Program-made: the position numbers and the translations under genes
Notes under the pieces: model-generated
Database searches by the model: none
The model's input: the letters and a program-made list of their open reading frames with translations, nothing else
What the model was told of the DNA's origin: nothing
Virus record (IMG/VR): IMGVR_UViG_3300043468_001414
Coordinates: 1 to 64,000 of that record
Length of the DNA: 64,000 nucleotides
Reading direction: 5' to 3' (one strand)
From: a virus
Shown: positions 55,621 through 64,000 of the stretch, in pieces
Layout of the letters: every line of letters starts with the position of its first letter
How positions within the stretch are numbered: the stretch's first letter is position 1

Positions 55621-55907
55621 AAGCCACCCTCCTGCGAATCCTGGCCCGTCTCTTGGGTCTCAGTAAAGAATATGTCGCTTTCCTTTTGCCGATCCTGCAA
55701 GACAGCGCGGCGAGCTTGATCTCTCAGCTCGCTCCGATCGCGCTTGAGGTCGTCAAGTCACTCGCGGACTCTCCGCACAGCGGAGCGATGAAGCGCGAAG
55801 CGGCGATCCGCCAAGTGCAGTCTCTCGCCGTAGCGGAAGGGATCCGCGCCAGCTCGAATGCCGTGAATGCCGCGATCGAAATCGCGGTCTTGAATTTGAA
55901 AAAATGA
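55617..55907 (+). CDS. Holin-like protein
   Basis: SGAMKREAA...NAAIE.AV resembles the LL-H-type holin C-terminus. Confidence 0.45.
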   Translation: MKATLLRILARLLGLSKEYVAFLLPILQDSAASLISQLAPIALEVVKSLADSPHSGAMKREAAIRQVQSLAVAEGIRASSNAVNAAIEIAVLNLKK

Positions 55908-56167
55908 GTGATGCCGAGGCCAAGGCTTGGTGGCAAAGTCGCACGATCATCGGGATCGTGGTGATGCTGCTGGCTCAAGCCTTGAAGCTTCTCAAGGTGG
56001 ATATCGTAAATGACGAGCTGACGCAGATCGTCACGCTCGCCATGGATGCGCTGGGAGCCTCGCTCGCCATCTATGGGCGCATCAATGCGCGCAAGCAAAT
56101 CAAGCGCACCAGGCCAGGTGGGGCATTCAACCCGAACGCAGAGGTTCGCAAGGCGAAACGGCCATGA
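55904..56167 (+). CDS. Putative holin
   Basis: K.WWQSRTI, two TM segments, IYGRI.A, basic tail. Confidence 0.6.
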   Translation: MSDAEAKAWWQSRTIIGIVVMLLAQALKLLKVDIVNDELTQIVTLAMDALGASLAIYGRINARKQIKRTRPGGAFNPNAEVRKAKRP

Positions 56168-56382
56168 CTTCTCGGCACGCAGTTTTCAGTGTGGTTGCGG
56201 CGGGATATATCGCAGGGGGCTTTTTTATCGAATCTGAACCTTCGCCGTGGGGGGCTCCTCGCCCGGAGGCGGAGTGGATCAAATTTTCAACTGAAGATCC
56301 GAGGCCTTTTTGGGCGCGCTTGCTGCTCTCTCTGCGCTGGGATTTTCAAAAAAATCAACTGACGGGAGCGGCGGAATTCTGA
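56164..56382 (+). CDS. Hypothetical lysis-cassette protein
   Basis: Hydrophobic N-terminus; coupled overlaps. Confidence 0.5.
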   Translation: MTSRHAVFSVVAAGYIAGGFFIESEPSPWGAPRPEAEWIKFSTEDPRPFWARLLLSLRWDFQKNQLTGAAEF

Positions 56383-56465
56383 TGTTGAATCCGCGCCATA
56401 CGCTCGCTGTCTTTATTTTGTTGGCGGGGATTTTTCTTTGGCTGGCATTTTTCTTTAGCCGATGA
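56382..56465 (+). CDS. 27-aa single-TM peptide (not in the ORF track)
   Basis: MLNPRHTLAVFILLAGIFLWLAFFFSR; TGATG overlap upstream and ATGA overlap with the endolysin. Confidence 0.55.
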   Translation: MLNPRHTLAVFILLAGIFLWLAFFFSR

Positions 56466-57040
56466 ATCGCACAAGCACATCTCAAGACCGGCTCGCCATG
56501 ATGTCCTTTATCGCCAACGCGGAGGCGAGGCGCGACAAGCTAGGTAGAATGCGGGTCTACAAGCTTCCTGCCGCAGACGGTGGCGGATCGTATGAAGTGG
56601 CGGGGATCAATGATCGCTACCATCCCGCCCAGGCGGCGGCGCTTAAAAAATTGATCGAGGACGGGCGATTTTCCGAGGCCGAGGATTTGGTTCGAAAATA
56701 TCTGCTCGAATACACAGATGTCGTCAAACGCTGGACAGAGGAGCCTGCGCTCGAGGCGTTCCTGCGCGACTGCGCTTTCAATCGGGGGCCGAAGGGCGCG
56801 CTTCGCATCCTTCAAATCGCACTCCAAGTCCCGGATGATGGCAAGTGGGGGGCGAAGACCAAGGCGGCGCTTGCCTCCACGCTTAAGTCTCCAGGTGTGC
56901 TCCTGCAAAAGCTCCGAGCTGCTCGGGAGACCTACGAGATTCGGATCGCTCCGCCAGTCGGGGCTCGCGCCAAATTTTGGAATGGTCTCGCGAATCGCTG
57001 GGATAAGGCGCTCTCGTTCTCCGAGACGCTGCTGACGTGA
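56462..57040 (+). CDS. Endolysin, GH108-like with peptidoglycan-binding C-terminus
   Basis: N-terminal Glu, D.AFN.G...A...LQ.AL....DG..G.KT, KF..G..NR. Confidence 0.75.
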   Translation: MNRTSTSQDRLAMMSFIANAEARRDKLGRMRVYKLPAADGGGSYEVAGINDRYHPAQAAALKKLIEDGRFSEAEDLVRKYLLEYTDVVKRWTEEPALEAFLRDCAFNRGPKGALRILQIALQVPDDGKWGAKTKAALASTLKSPGVLLQKLRAARETYEIRIAPPVGARAKFWNGLANRWDKALSFSETLLT

Positions 57041-57331
57041 CTACGCGGTTGCTTTCTCTTTAAAAGAAGATGGCTTGAGGGCTCGCTTCATTTCTTCGCG
57101 GACGAGCACTTTTACGACCTCGAGCGTCAGGGCATTTTTGCGGAGTTCGTCGTTCACGATGCCGCGAACGATCTCGGCCGTCATGGGGTCATTGGAGGCT
57201 TGGCGTAAGAGTTCCTCTACGAGCTGAGAGATGCTCAGTCCGCGATTCTCTGCGATTTCGGCTGCTTTGCGCTTGAGCTTAGGGGTGAGTCGGAGCGTGA
57301 TTTTCGGTTCCGAGAAGTTTATCTTTCTCAT
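57041..57331 (-). CDS. Ribbon-helix-helix DNA-binding protein
   Basis: KITLRLTPKLKRKAAEIAENRGLSISQLVEELL. Confidence 0.8.
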   Translation of the reverse strand: MRKINFSEPKITLRLTPKLKRKAAEIAENRGLSISQLVEELLRQASNDPMTAEIVRGIVNDELRKNALTLEVVKVLVREEMKRALKPSSFKEKATA

Positions 57332-57420
57332 ATTTTAAAAACGCGCAGGTTTGTTGTTTTTGCAATAAAAAAAATATCTTGACGATTTGAGGCGCTCTCC
57401 GGAGCCAGATAAAACCTGGC

Positions 57421-57624
57421 TCAGCGCCGATTTTTTAATTCATCTTGCACGATGCCGCGGACGATTTCTGCCGTAATCAAATGGCTCTCGGCATTCCGGA
57501 TTAAGTCTTCGACGAGTTGGCTGACACTGAGGCCGCGGGCTTCCGCAATTTCGGCAGCGCGGCGCTTTAGAACGGGGGTGATTCTTAAAGTGATTTTTGG
57601 GTCTTCGAAATTGATCTTTCGCAT
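57421..57624 (-). CDS. Ribbon-helix-helix protein, tandem paralog
   Basis: MRKINFEDPKITLRITPVLKRRAAEIAEARGLSVSQLVEDLI. Confidence 0.8.
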   Translation of the reverse strand: MRKINFEDPKITLRITPVLKRRAAEIAEARGLSVSQLVEDLIRNAESHLITAEIVRGIVQDELKNRR

Positions 57625-57744
57625 GAGTAAAAATAAACCAAAAAACAATCTGCGGATCAGTTGAGCCACTCGGAATCGCTCATGAATTCAGGCGGAGCGG
57701 GTTTCTGGCGGTCTGCAATTATTTTTTTCATGTTTTAATTTTAG

Positions 57745-57863
57745 ACGGCAAAAAGCCGCTCTGCAAGTGCCGTGTTTTATACGGCAAAAAGACGACTTTC
57801 GTAAAAAAAGATTGCCGCCGAAAAGGTCCGCGATAAAAATCCAAATCGTCATCTATACGGCAA
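57745..57863. promoter_or_regulatory. Operator-like ACGGCA repeats in the divergent control region
   Basis: ACGGCAA at 57745, 57781 and 57857; inverted TGCCG(T) at 57768 and 57813. Confidence 0.55.
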
Positions 57864-57864
57864 T

Positions 57865-58092
57865 ATGACCACTAAAAAGAATAAGGACATCACCCCGGCA
57901 AAGCGCAAGTCAGTCAAAGCGCGCGCTGCGCAGGCTAAGAAGACAGGGCGCCCCGTGCGGACGGACAATCCCCAAAAAATCACACTCCACCTCGCGCTGG
58001 AAATAAAGAGGAAGGCCTACGATATCGCCACAGAGCGCAGGTGTAGTATTAGTCGTCTGGTGGAGGATCTGCTGCAAGGCTGCAAGGCTTAA
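57865..58092 (+). CDS. Ribbon-helix-helix protein (divergent, Cro-like position)
   Basis: KITLHLALEIKRKAYDIATERRCSISRLVEDLL. Confidence 0.75.
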   Translation: MTTKKNKDITPAKRKSVKARAAQAKKTGRPVRTDNPQKITLHLALEIKRKAYDIATERRCSISRLVEDLLQGCKA

Positions 58093-58093
58093 T

Positions 58094-58417
58094 ATGAGTG
58101 CTGCAAAGACTGCAACAGAGAAATGGGAGGGGAACCTTCCTCTCAACCTTAAGGAGCTTGCCGCTTCGCAGTGCGTTTCTTACAAGACGGCTGTTCGGTG
58201 GGCTTCGGACGCTTCTTTCCCGCGTGTCGGGAGGCTCGTGAGGCCGAGGGACTTTTTGCGCTGGTGGAAGGATAGAGCGTCACATCCTTCCATGGCATCA
58301 CATCCTCAACAGAAAGCCGGTTGTAAACCTCGTGAACAATCTCAGAGGAGTGATTCACTAACCTCATTGCCGCCGAAAGCGGCACGCCTGCGCGATGCAA
58401 TCGCGTCACATAACTGA
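58094..58417 (+). CDS. Putative excisionase-like HTH protein
   Basis: LNLKELAA...VSYKTAVRW...FP; convergent with the integrase. Confidence 0.55.
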   Translation: MSAAKTATEKWEGNLPLNLKELAASQCVSYKTAVRWASDASFPRVGRLVRPRDFLRWWKDRASHPSMASHPQQKAGCKPREQSQRSDSLTSLPPKAARLRDAIASHN

Positions 58418-59282
58418 CGCGCAAATGATGAAAAGTGACCCCATGAACATGGCATCTTTTAAAAAAGCGGGAAAAGGAGCGGCTCGCGTGAGCTGGCAGC
58501 TCATGGCTGATTTTTCGCCCCGCCAGCGGCTTGAGGACAGGCACAAGCTCTCGCGGAAGAGGTCGAGTGAAGGCTCGCTTTCTTCCACCCTTGGGCTCGG
58601 GGAAGGTGATCGTGCCTCGCTCAAAGTCCACCAGCTTCATAACAAGCACGGACTCTCTCAAGCGGCATCCTGTGTGTTGAGCGATCAAAAACGAGAGGCG
58701 CATCCACTCAGGCTCGAGCGGCAAGGCTTCAAGGCATCTCGCGATTTCCTCGTCCAATATCTCGCGCTTTTCTGCGGGGGGGGTTTTAGCGATGCCGAGG
58801 TTTCTAATCGGGTTGGCTTTTGCCATGCCTCGCTGAACAGCGGCTCCCATGACTTGCCCCAGAAGCTTGGCGTCTTGAAGGGCGGTGTTGCGCCCGCAAA
58901 CGCGGTGCTTGGACTTTCGGCCCTCGCGCCATTGAACGAATTCGCTGCCATGGCGGAATTCAACCATCGAGGGATTGACCAGGCCCTTGAGAGTCAGCCA
59001 ATGCTCAATGTGCTTCCAGCGATTACGGTTTCGGATTGTGCTTCGACTGTTCGCCCAGCGGGTGTCAATCCATCCATCCACCCAGCCCCACCCTCCCTCA
59101 AAGGCTGTCTCCGATTTTCCGGTTTCCGCAAGGCACGCTTCCGCGCACAGAACTTTCGCCTGCGCCGTCTCGATTTCGCTCTCGCAACGCAAGCCGGTCG
59201 AATTGGCAATCCAAGTTCCGTCCGGCCCTTTCCTTTTCAAGAACCAGAACGGGCTATTAGGTCGTGTGTAAAGAGAGGCCAT
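58149..59282 (-). CDS. int: Tyrosine recombinase / integrase
   Basis: TGCRLRE, PKGG, FHHLR, VNH, VY give the catalytic R-K-HxxR-H-Y set. Confidence 0.9.
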   Translation of the reverse strand: MASLYTRPNSPFWFLKRKGPDGTWIANSTGLRCESEIETAQAKVLCAEACLAETGKSETAFEGGWGWVDGWIDTRWANSRSTIRNRNRWKHIEHWLTLKGLVNPSMVEFRHGSEFVQWREGRKSKHRVCGRNTALQDAKLLGQVMGAAVQRGMAKANPIRNLGIAKTPPAEKREILDEEIARCLEALPLEPEWMRLSFLIAQHTGCRLRESVLVMKLVDFERGTITFPEPKGGRKRAFTRPLPRELVPVLKPLAGRKISHELPAHASRSFSRFFKRCHVHGVTFHHLRVSYVTRLHRAGVPLSAAMRLVNHSSEIVHEVYNRLSVEDVMPWKDVTLYPSTSAKSPSASRASRHAGKKRPKPTEQPSCKKRTAKRQAP

Positions 59283-59290
59283 ATCAGCCA

Positions 59291-59467
59291 GTGTAACACT
59301 GTAACAAATCGATGCAATTAACAATGTCCCTCAATAGGCAAAATCGAGCAATAATGACCCTCTGCGAGCATGTATTGCTCATTATAAAGAACCGCGGGTT
59401 CAAATCCCGCCCCTTCCGCTCCTTTAAAAGCAACGACTTACGAAGGAAGTGTAACACGAGTGTAACA
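59291..59467. other. attP: tRNA 3'-end core flanked by arm-type repeats
   Basis: Core ACCGCGGGTTCAAATCCCGCCCCTTCCGC (59391-59419) is a T arm plus acceptor 3' strand; TGTAACA at 59292, 59300, 59450 and 59461. Confidence 0.75.
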
Positions 59468-59484
59468 ATTGGGAGGGTTTCCCA

Positions 59485-60207
59485 ATGAGCGATCAGTCGG
59501 AATACTTCGCTCATGTCAGGCGGCAGGAGCTAGAATACTTGCTGGCTTATGAGGAGTGGGAGCGGTCGCTCTCGTCTTCGGATCGGGCTCTCGTAGGGAA
59601 AATGGCGGCTCCGGATTTGGAAGATTTCCATGCTCGTTCGAGCAAGCGGGAATCGCTGGGGGTCGTAGGGGACGCGGCTGAGAGGTCGCTGGCGAGCTAC
59701 ACGCCGGACTTGGCTTCGGACATTGATGACGAGACTTCGATTCTGGCGGAGCGGGCTGGGCTCAAGGCCTGGCAGGCGCGCGAGATTTATCGCTACATCG
59801 AGGAGCGTGTGGAGCGGCGCGTCACAGAAGCGAAGTGCAATGTGATCGTGCGGGTCTGTGGGGTTTTCCTCAAGGCGGGGTCGAATGTGAAGCTGCTTGT
59901 CGCGGGGCTCGCGTATGCGGCGGATCTGGCTGTGACGAACCAACTCGGGACGATGCAAGATTGGGCGGTTCGAAATGGGTTGAGCCGCGCGGCGGTCTCG
60001 AAGGTTGCAAAATTTTGGCAGCGGGAGTTGGGGCTGCCAGCGAGTTCCCACATGCGTGGGGAAGAGAAGTGTCAAGCCTACAGCGAGGCTCAGACACAAA
60101 AACACTGGAGAAAACAAAAGGTGGGTGGGCTGTCTCGAATCTGGGACGGGCTGCTCTCCAAAAAACGAAAACAAAATCGTCGCGCTGAAGGCGAGGAACA
60201 AAAATAA
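59485..60207 (+). CDS. Putative HTH DNA-binding protein (sigma region 4-like C-terminal helix-turn-helix)
   Basis: TMQDWAVRNGLSRAAVSKVAKFWQRELGL. Confidence 0.5.
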   Translation: MSDQSEYFAHVRRQELEYLLAYEEWERSLSSSDRALVGKMAAPDLEDFHARSSKRESLGVVGDAAERSLASYTPDLASDIDDETSILAERAGLKAWQAREIYRYIEERVERRVTEAKCNVIVRVCGVFLKAGSNVKLLVAGLAYAADLAVTNQLGTMQDWAVRNGLSRAAVSKVAKFWQRELGLPASSHMRGEEKCQAYSEAQTQKHWRKQKVGGLSRIWDGLLSKKRKQNRRAEGEEQK

Positions 60208-60208
60208 A

Positions 60209-60412
60209 ATGAATACAGGAACTGGTGGATGGAAGGCTTTCGCCGTGGTGGCGGGGGTATTGGCAGCGCTCAAGATTTTGGGCGTGATTTCGTGGAGTTG
60301 GCTGTGGGTCTTGTGCCCGCTGTGGATTCCGGTCGCATTGCTTGTGGCTTTGATGCTGGGTGCATTGGTCTATGTGCTCGCCTTGGGAGTTGGGAAGGGG
60401 GCAAAGGAATGA
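60209..60412 (+). CDS. Small membrane protein
   Basis: LKILGVISWSWLWVLCPLWIP motif; two TM segments. Confidence 0.7.
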   Translation: MNTGTGGWKAFAVVAGVLAALKILGVISWSWLWVLCPLWIPVALLVALMLGALVYVLALGVGKGAKE

Positions 60413-61098
60413 GCGCGAAGGATGCATTGGAATTGTGGGAATTCACGCTGAGCGTGGATTCGCAGGGGGACGGAGACGGCTTGGATCGCGCGAGGGCGCG
60501 GTGGACGCCGACTGGCTTGGACATTCCAGAGACGACGACTCTGGAGAATGTCAAGGAGATTTTGCGGGCCTTTAAGGCCTTTGAAACAACGGGCACTTTG
60601 GCTCTCGCGGACTTGCTGACTTTTGTGAGTTCTCGGGGATGGGAGAGCGAAGTTGAACAATACTTGGCTCAGCTCGAATTCGATTTGCACTCGGTTCGCA
60701 AGGCTCAAGTGGTCGGAGATATTCCTCGGGCTTTGCGGCATCCGAAACTGACGGCAGAGCATTATTGGGTGGTCTCGAAGCTGGATCGCGAGGGGCAGAC
60801 GAAGTGGCTTGGCTTGGCGGTGAAGCATGGGTTGTCGGGCTTCGAGTTAAAGCGTTCGATCGAGGCTGGGAAGCCGCTGCACAAGGAACAGATCGAAATG
60901 CTCTCGGGTGCTGGTTCGGGAATTCTGACCTACCAAGGCATCTTGACGGACTGGCAGCGTTGGGAGGCGAAGATTGGCGGGGATGATGGAATCCTCGCGT
61001 GGCCTGCTCACTTGCAGGATCGCTGGCTGGAAGACACGCGCCCGATCGCGGAGCTGCGGGAGCGGGTGGTGGCGCGGCGTGAAGGAGGTGCGAAATGA
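60409..61098 (+). CDS. LmbU-like DNA-binding protein
   Basis: TGLDIP...LADLL...R.P.LT..H...V..L....Q..WL..A...G.S..EL pattern recalls the LmbU family. Confidence 0.55.
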   Translation: MSAKDALELWEFTLSVDSQGDGDGLDRARARWTPTGLDIPETTTLENVKEILRAFKAFETTGTLALADLLTFVSSRGWESEVEQYLAQLEFDLHSVRKAQVVGDIPRALRHPKLTAEHYWVVSKLDREGQTKWLGLAVKHGLSGFELKRSIEAGKPLHKEQIEMLSGAGSGILTYQGILTDWQRWEAKIGGDDGILAWPAHLQDRWLEDTRPIAELRERVVARREGGAK

Positions 61099-61559
61099 TT
61101 TCCAGTTTCGCGAACGATAGCGGCTACCCGTGGCCAGGATGCTCGATTGGCTCAGAGGATTTTGATAAGCTGGATGCGGCTCTCGATTTTGAGAGCACGG
61201 GTCGCCGGGCGACGGCGCAAAAGGCTCTGCACTTGATGGTGCGGGGGTCGCATGTCTCGGGCTTTATATTGCGGCCCGATGACGGGCTCTCGGATGTGGC
61301 GATCGTGTGCAATGGCGCTGTGCGCTGGCTGTCTCCTGCGGAGTTTCAGTGGTTGATGCATGAGAGTCGCTCGCCGATCACCATAGATGCGGAGACTGAA
61401 AAGCTGCGTGCCGAAAATGCGAAGCTGCGCGAGGCGGCTCAAGAAGTGGTCTGGAGTTGGGCTGAGGCCACGGGGCACGAGGATTTGCCGCAATGTCTGA
61501 TGGTGAGTCGTTCGGCGCTGGAGAGTTCGATGGGGGGATTGGAGGAGGCATTGACATGA
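61095..61559 (+). CDS. Hypothetical protein
   Basis: SD AGGAGG; ATGA overlaps. Confidence 0.6.
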   Translation: MISSFANDSGYPWPGCSIGSEDFDKLDAALDFESTGRRATAQKALHLMVRGSHVSGFILRPDDGLSDVAIVCNGAVRWLSPAEFQWLMHESRSPITIDAETEKLRAENAKLREAAQEVVWSWAEATGHEDLPQCLMVSRSALESSMGGLEEALT

Positions 61560-61705
61560 GCGCGACGGAGAAGACCTACCAGACCTGCCTGCCCCCCGAG
61601 GCCTACATGCGCATCGCCAAGGCATGCGCTTCTTCGAAGGGGCCGAGATTGAGATCTTCGGTTTATCCGAAGACGGCTCAAAAAGCCCAGAAGCCCTCAA
61701 AATGA
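61556..61705 (+). CDS. Hypothetical small protein
   Basis: SD GGAGG; ATGA overlaps at both ends. Confidence 0.45.
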   Translation: MSATEKTYQTCLPPEAYMRIAKACASSKGPRLRSSVYPKTAQKAQKPSK

Positions 61706-62010
61706 AAAGATCAGACTTAATTAAAAATCTCCGCGCCTACAATAAATGGAGGCGCGGAGATGAGGCGGCGGTGATGCCAGAGCCTGCGGATATCGGGCGA
61801 TGGATTGACCAGGCGTGTGATGAGTTGGGCTTTCTCGATGCGGTTCTGGCTGGCGGGGTGGAGGGCTGGAAAAAGAAGTGGGAATGCGCGGTCACAATGG
61901 CTGCCAAGGCAGAAAATCACTGTGAGCGAGTGAAGCGGGAGCGCGACGACTTGCGGGATAGACTTAATGACATCCTAAACCAACCGGCGCTGAAATCGTG
62001 TAAAAAATAG
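61702..62010 (+). CDS. Hypothetical protein
   Basis: L..YNKWRRG....MP.P..IG..ID. Confidence 0.55.
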   Translation: MKRSDLIKNLRAYNKWRRGDEAAVMPEPADIGRWIDQACDELGFLDAVLAGGVEGWKKKWECAVTMAAKAENHCERVKRERDDLRDRLNDILNQPALKSCKK

Positions 62011-62022
62011 GGGGGTAAAATC

Positions 62023-63342
62023 GTGGTGGATTCGACTGAAATAAAACAGAGGGTATCTTTGCGCTCATTACTTGAGCGTGACAATGTGGATGTGCGGCGG
62101 GCGGGGGCGAGCTGGGTGGCTTGCTGTCCGATCCATAATGAGGATACGCCTTCCTTTCATTTGCATGAATCGGCTGGGGGCGATTGGTTTAAGTGCTTTG
62201 GCTGTGATGCGAAGGGGGATATCTTCGAATATTGGCAGCAGACTCGGGGCGGAGATTTTAAAAAGGCTCTGGAGGATTTGGCGGCGATTGCGGGGCTGGG
62301 CGGGAAGATTTCGGATTCGGCGAAGCCGCTGCCGAAGCGTGAGGTGCGGGAGGAGGAGGCTCCTGTGGAGATCGCTCCGCTGGATGCCGAGGCGTTGCTG
62401 AAATGGGAGCGGGCGGCGGCGGAGCTTTACACGGATTCTGAGGAAGTGGCGCGGTGGGCGGCATGGCGGGGATTGCGGCCTGCGGTGATCGAGTGGGCGG
62501 GGCGGCGGGGGTTGTGCGGACGGGCGATGATGTATGGGGAGTGGCGGGAGGCGTTTTTGATCCGTGATGTGCGGGACGGGGTGGTGCGGGATATGGGATT
62601 CCATGTGCGGATCGCTCCGCGCAAGGCAGAGAAGGCGAGCTGGCGCTACTCGAATCGATGGGTGCAGGGGGAGCGGTTGGAGTGCGAGACTTCGAGGGGG
62701 CTGGGGGCATGGCCGTTTGTGATTCTGCCCGAGGGCGGTATCCAAGAGGCGCGTTATATTTTTTGCTGCGAGGGGCAGTGGGATGCGCTGGCGCTGGTGG
62801 ATGTGATGGGTTGGGAGGCAAAGTGGCCAGGCGTGGCGGTCTTCGGGATGCGGGGCGCGACGAGTTGGAAAAAATTTATGGAATATGATCTGAGGAAGGA
62901 TGCGGTGGCTTTCTTGATGGCAGATAACGACGATGCGGGGCGTGGGTGGTTTGTGGGCGAGCAGAATTTCGCTGATGAGCTGCGCAAGCGGGTGAGGTCG
63001 GTGCACGGGTATTCTCCGGAGGCGAAGGATTTGAATGACGAGGTGCGGGGGATGGATGAGGGGAAACGGGAAATTTTCCGTGCCTTTTTAAGAACTCGCA
63101 TCGCCAAGCAAAAGGGGAAGGTGAAGGTGAAGCCGACTTTCCTGCGGTGGCTGGCGGGGGAGAAGAAAAAGGAGCGCACGGACGGGGTGGTGGAATTCGC
63201 GAAGGTGGCGACTCGGCGGGGGGCGGTAGTGCCGAAGGGTAGGCCGAGGAAGCGGGTATGGGTGAAGTTTGTGCAAGGGGTTTGGCCTGAGCATGAGGCG
63301 GCGTTTTTGAAGGCTTGGGGTGAGTGGGAGGCGATCAAGTGA
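62023..63342 (+). CDS. DNA primase (CHC2 zinc finger plus TOPRIM)
   Basis: CPIHNEDTPSF...FKCFGC..KGD; CEGQWDAL; DNDDAG; KDLND. Confidence 0.9.
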   Translation: MVDSTEIKQRVSLRSLLERDNVDVRRAGASWVACCPIHNEDTPSFHLHESAGGDWFKCFGCDAKGDIFEYWQQTRGGDFKKALEDLAAIAGLGGKISDSAKPLPKREVREEEAPVEIAPLDAEALLKWERAAAELYTDSEEVARWAAWRGLRPAVIEWAGRRGLCGRAMMYGEWREAFLIRDVRDGVVRDMGFHVRIAPRKAEKASWRYSNRWVQGERLECETSRGLGAWPFVILPEGGIQEARYIFCCEGQWDALALVDVMGWEAKWPGVAVFGMRGATSWKKFMEYDLRKDAVAFLMADNDDAGRGWFVGEQNFADELRKRVRSVHGYSPEAKDLNDEVRGMDEGKREIFRAFLRTRIAKQKGKVKVKPTFLRWLAGEKKKERTDGVVEFAKVATRRGAVVPKGRPRKRVWVKFVQGVWPEHEAAFLKAWGEWEAIK

Positions 63343-63842
63343 GCGCGGCGGCGAATGCGATAGTGCAAGCTGGTGCACAGGGTCTTGGCTTGCATGAGGT
63401 GCTGACGGGGGCGATGGCGGCGGAGTTTGGTCCTTTGCCGTTGATTTCGTTGCCGCAGGAGGAGGCGTTGCTCGTAAAATTCGTAAGGCAGATGGGGATC
63501 GTGCTTTCTAATAAGGGGATATATCGCCGTGATTCTGTGGTGGTGATGCCGGATTGGGAGGCTCATCGCTTGAATATCCTCGAGGCAAAGACCTTTTGCT
63601 CTTGGGCGCAGCGCCATGTGGTGAACTACAAACTGCGCTATGATAAGAATGGGGAGCCTTTTACGACTTACAAGGATATGCCGACTGAGATCGCGGAGAA
63701 GACTCTGACATCGGTTGATTTCCTCCCGCATATACCGGCTATCAAGAAGGTTTTGCCTATTCCGATGCCAGTGCTGGCTGGCGATGATTTTTCTTTACTG
63801 AAATCCGGGTTTGATGCTGGGCGATATACTTTTAAGTTTTAA
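63339..63842 (+). CDS. Hypothetical replication-associated protein
   Basis: GTGA overlap with the primase. Confidence 0.55.
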   Translation: MSAAANAIVQAGAQGLGLHEVLTGAMAAEFGPLPLISLPQEEALLVKFVRQMGIVLSNKGIYRRDSVVVMPDWEAHRLNILEAKTFCSWAQRHVVNYKLRYDKNGEPFTTYKDMPTEIAEKTLTSVDFLPHIPAIKKVLPIPMPVLAGDDFSLLKSGFDAGRYTFKF

Positions 63843-63895
63843 TAATTTATGAAAAATACAGAGGCGCAGAAACAAAACAAAAAACGAAAAAATAA

Positions 63896-64000
63896 ATGAA
63901 AACGATAAAAGTTAAATGGAGTGGCATTCGCCCTCTTGTCATGCACAACGGATTGATGGCTGATCCTACCAACCCATTGGTGCGCAGAATTAAAGAAATC
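63896..64000 (+). CDS. Hypothetical protein, truncated by the window end
   Basis: MKTIKVKWSGIRPLVMHNGLMADPTNP... Confidence 0.55.
   Translation, partial: MKTIKVKWSGIRPLVMHNGLMADPTNPLVRRIKEI

Noticed and set aside
59391-59419. Second complete tRNA gene
   Set aside because: Only the T arm and acceptor 3' strand are present; the upstream sequence cannot form D or anticodon arms, so it is interpreted as the att core
1-64000. Alternative genetic code or terminase gene
   Set aside because: Genes are full length under the standard code; no Walker-A ATPase-nuclease ORF is visible, so the terminase is presumably outside the window

Overview
The window is most of a temperate tailed-phage genome, with almost all genes on the + strand. 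It carries a lambda-type portal, protease/scaffold, decoration and major capsid genes, a siphovirus-like tail with tape measure and about 27 kb of tip, fibre and accessory genes, a lysis cassette, a three-gene ribbon-helix-helix switch, a tyrosine integrase with an apparently intact tRNA-derived attP, and the start of a replication module (primase). No terminase is visible. The host is unknown; the SSB looks PVC/Verrucomicrobia-like, which is a weak inference. Two signals stand out. (1) About 11 kb of head-region genes (4615-13455, 18083-19988) encode basic, modular proteins cut into segments by a recurring [FL]SAKL.LRE[LF]A / LRELAARS...EF linker that also occurs in the protease/scaffold. The segments carry different payloads (HExxH metallopeptidase, MurG-like glycosyltransferase, DUF2786-like helix, glycine-zipper hydrophobic segments), suggesting capsid-packaged, protease-processed polyprotein cargo. 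(2) Twenty copies of GTTGAC lie 15-18 nt upstream of an ATG across the late region, with no canonical -10 box or normally spaced SD. Copies occur directly after terminators and inside genes, suggesting a non-canonical late promoter making leaderless mRNAs; the phage also encodes an initiator-type tRNA-Met. All calls were made by eye from the sequence and the ORF track; no database searches were run.
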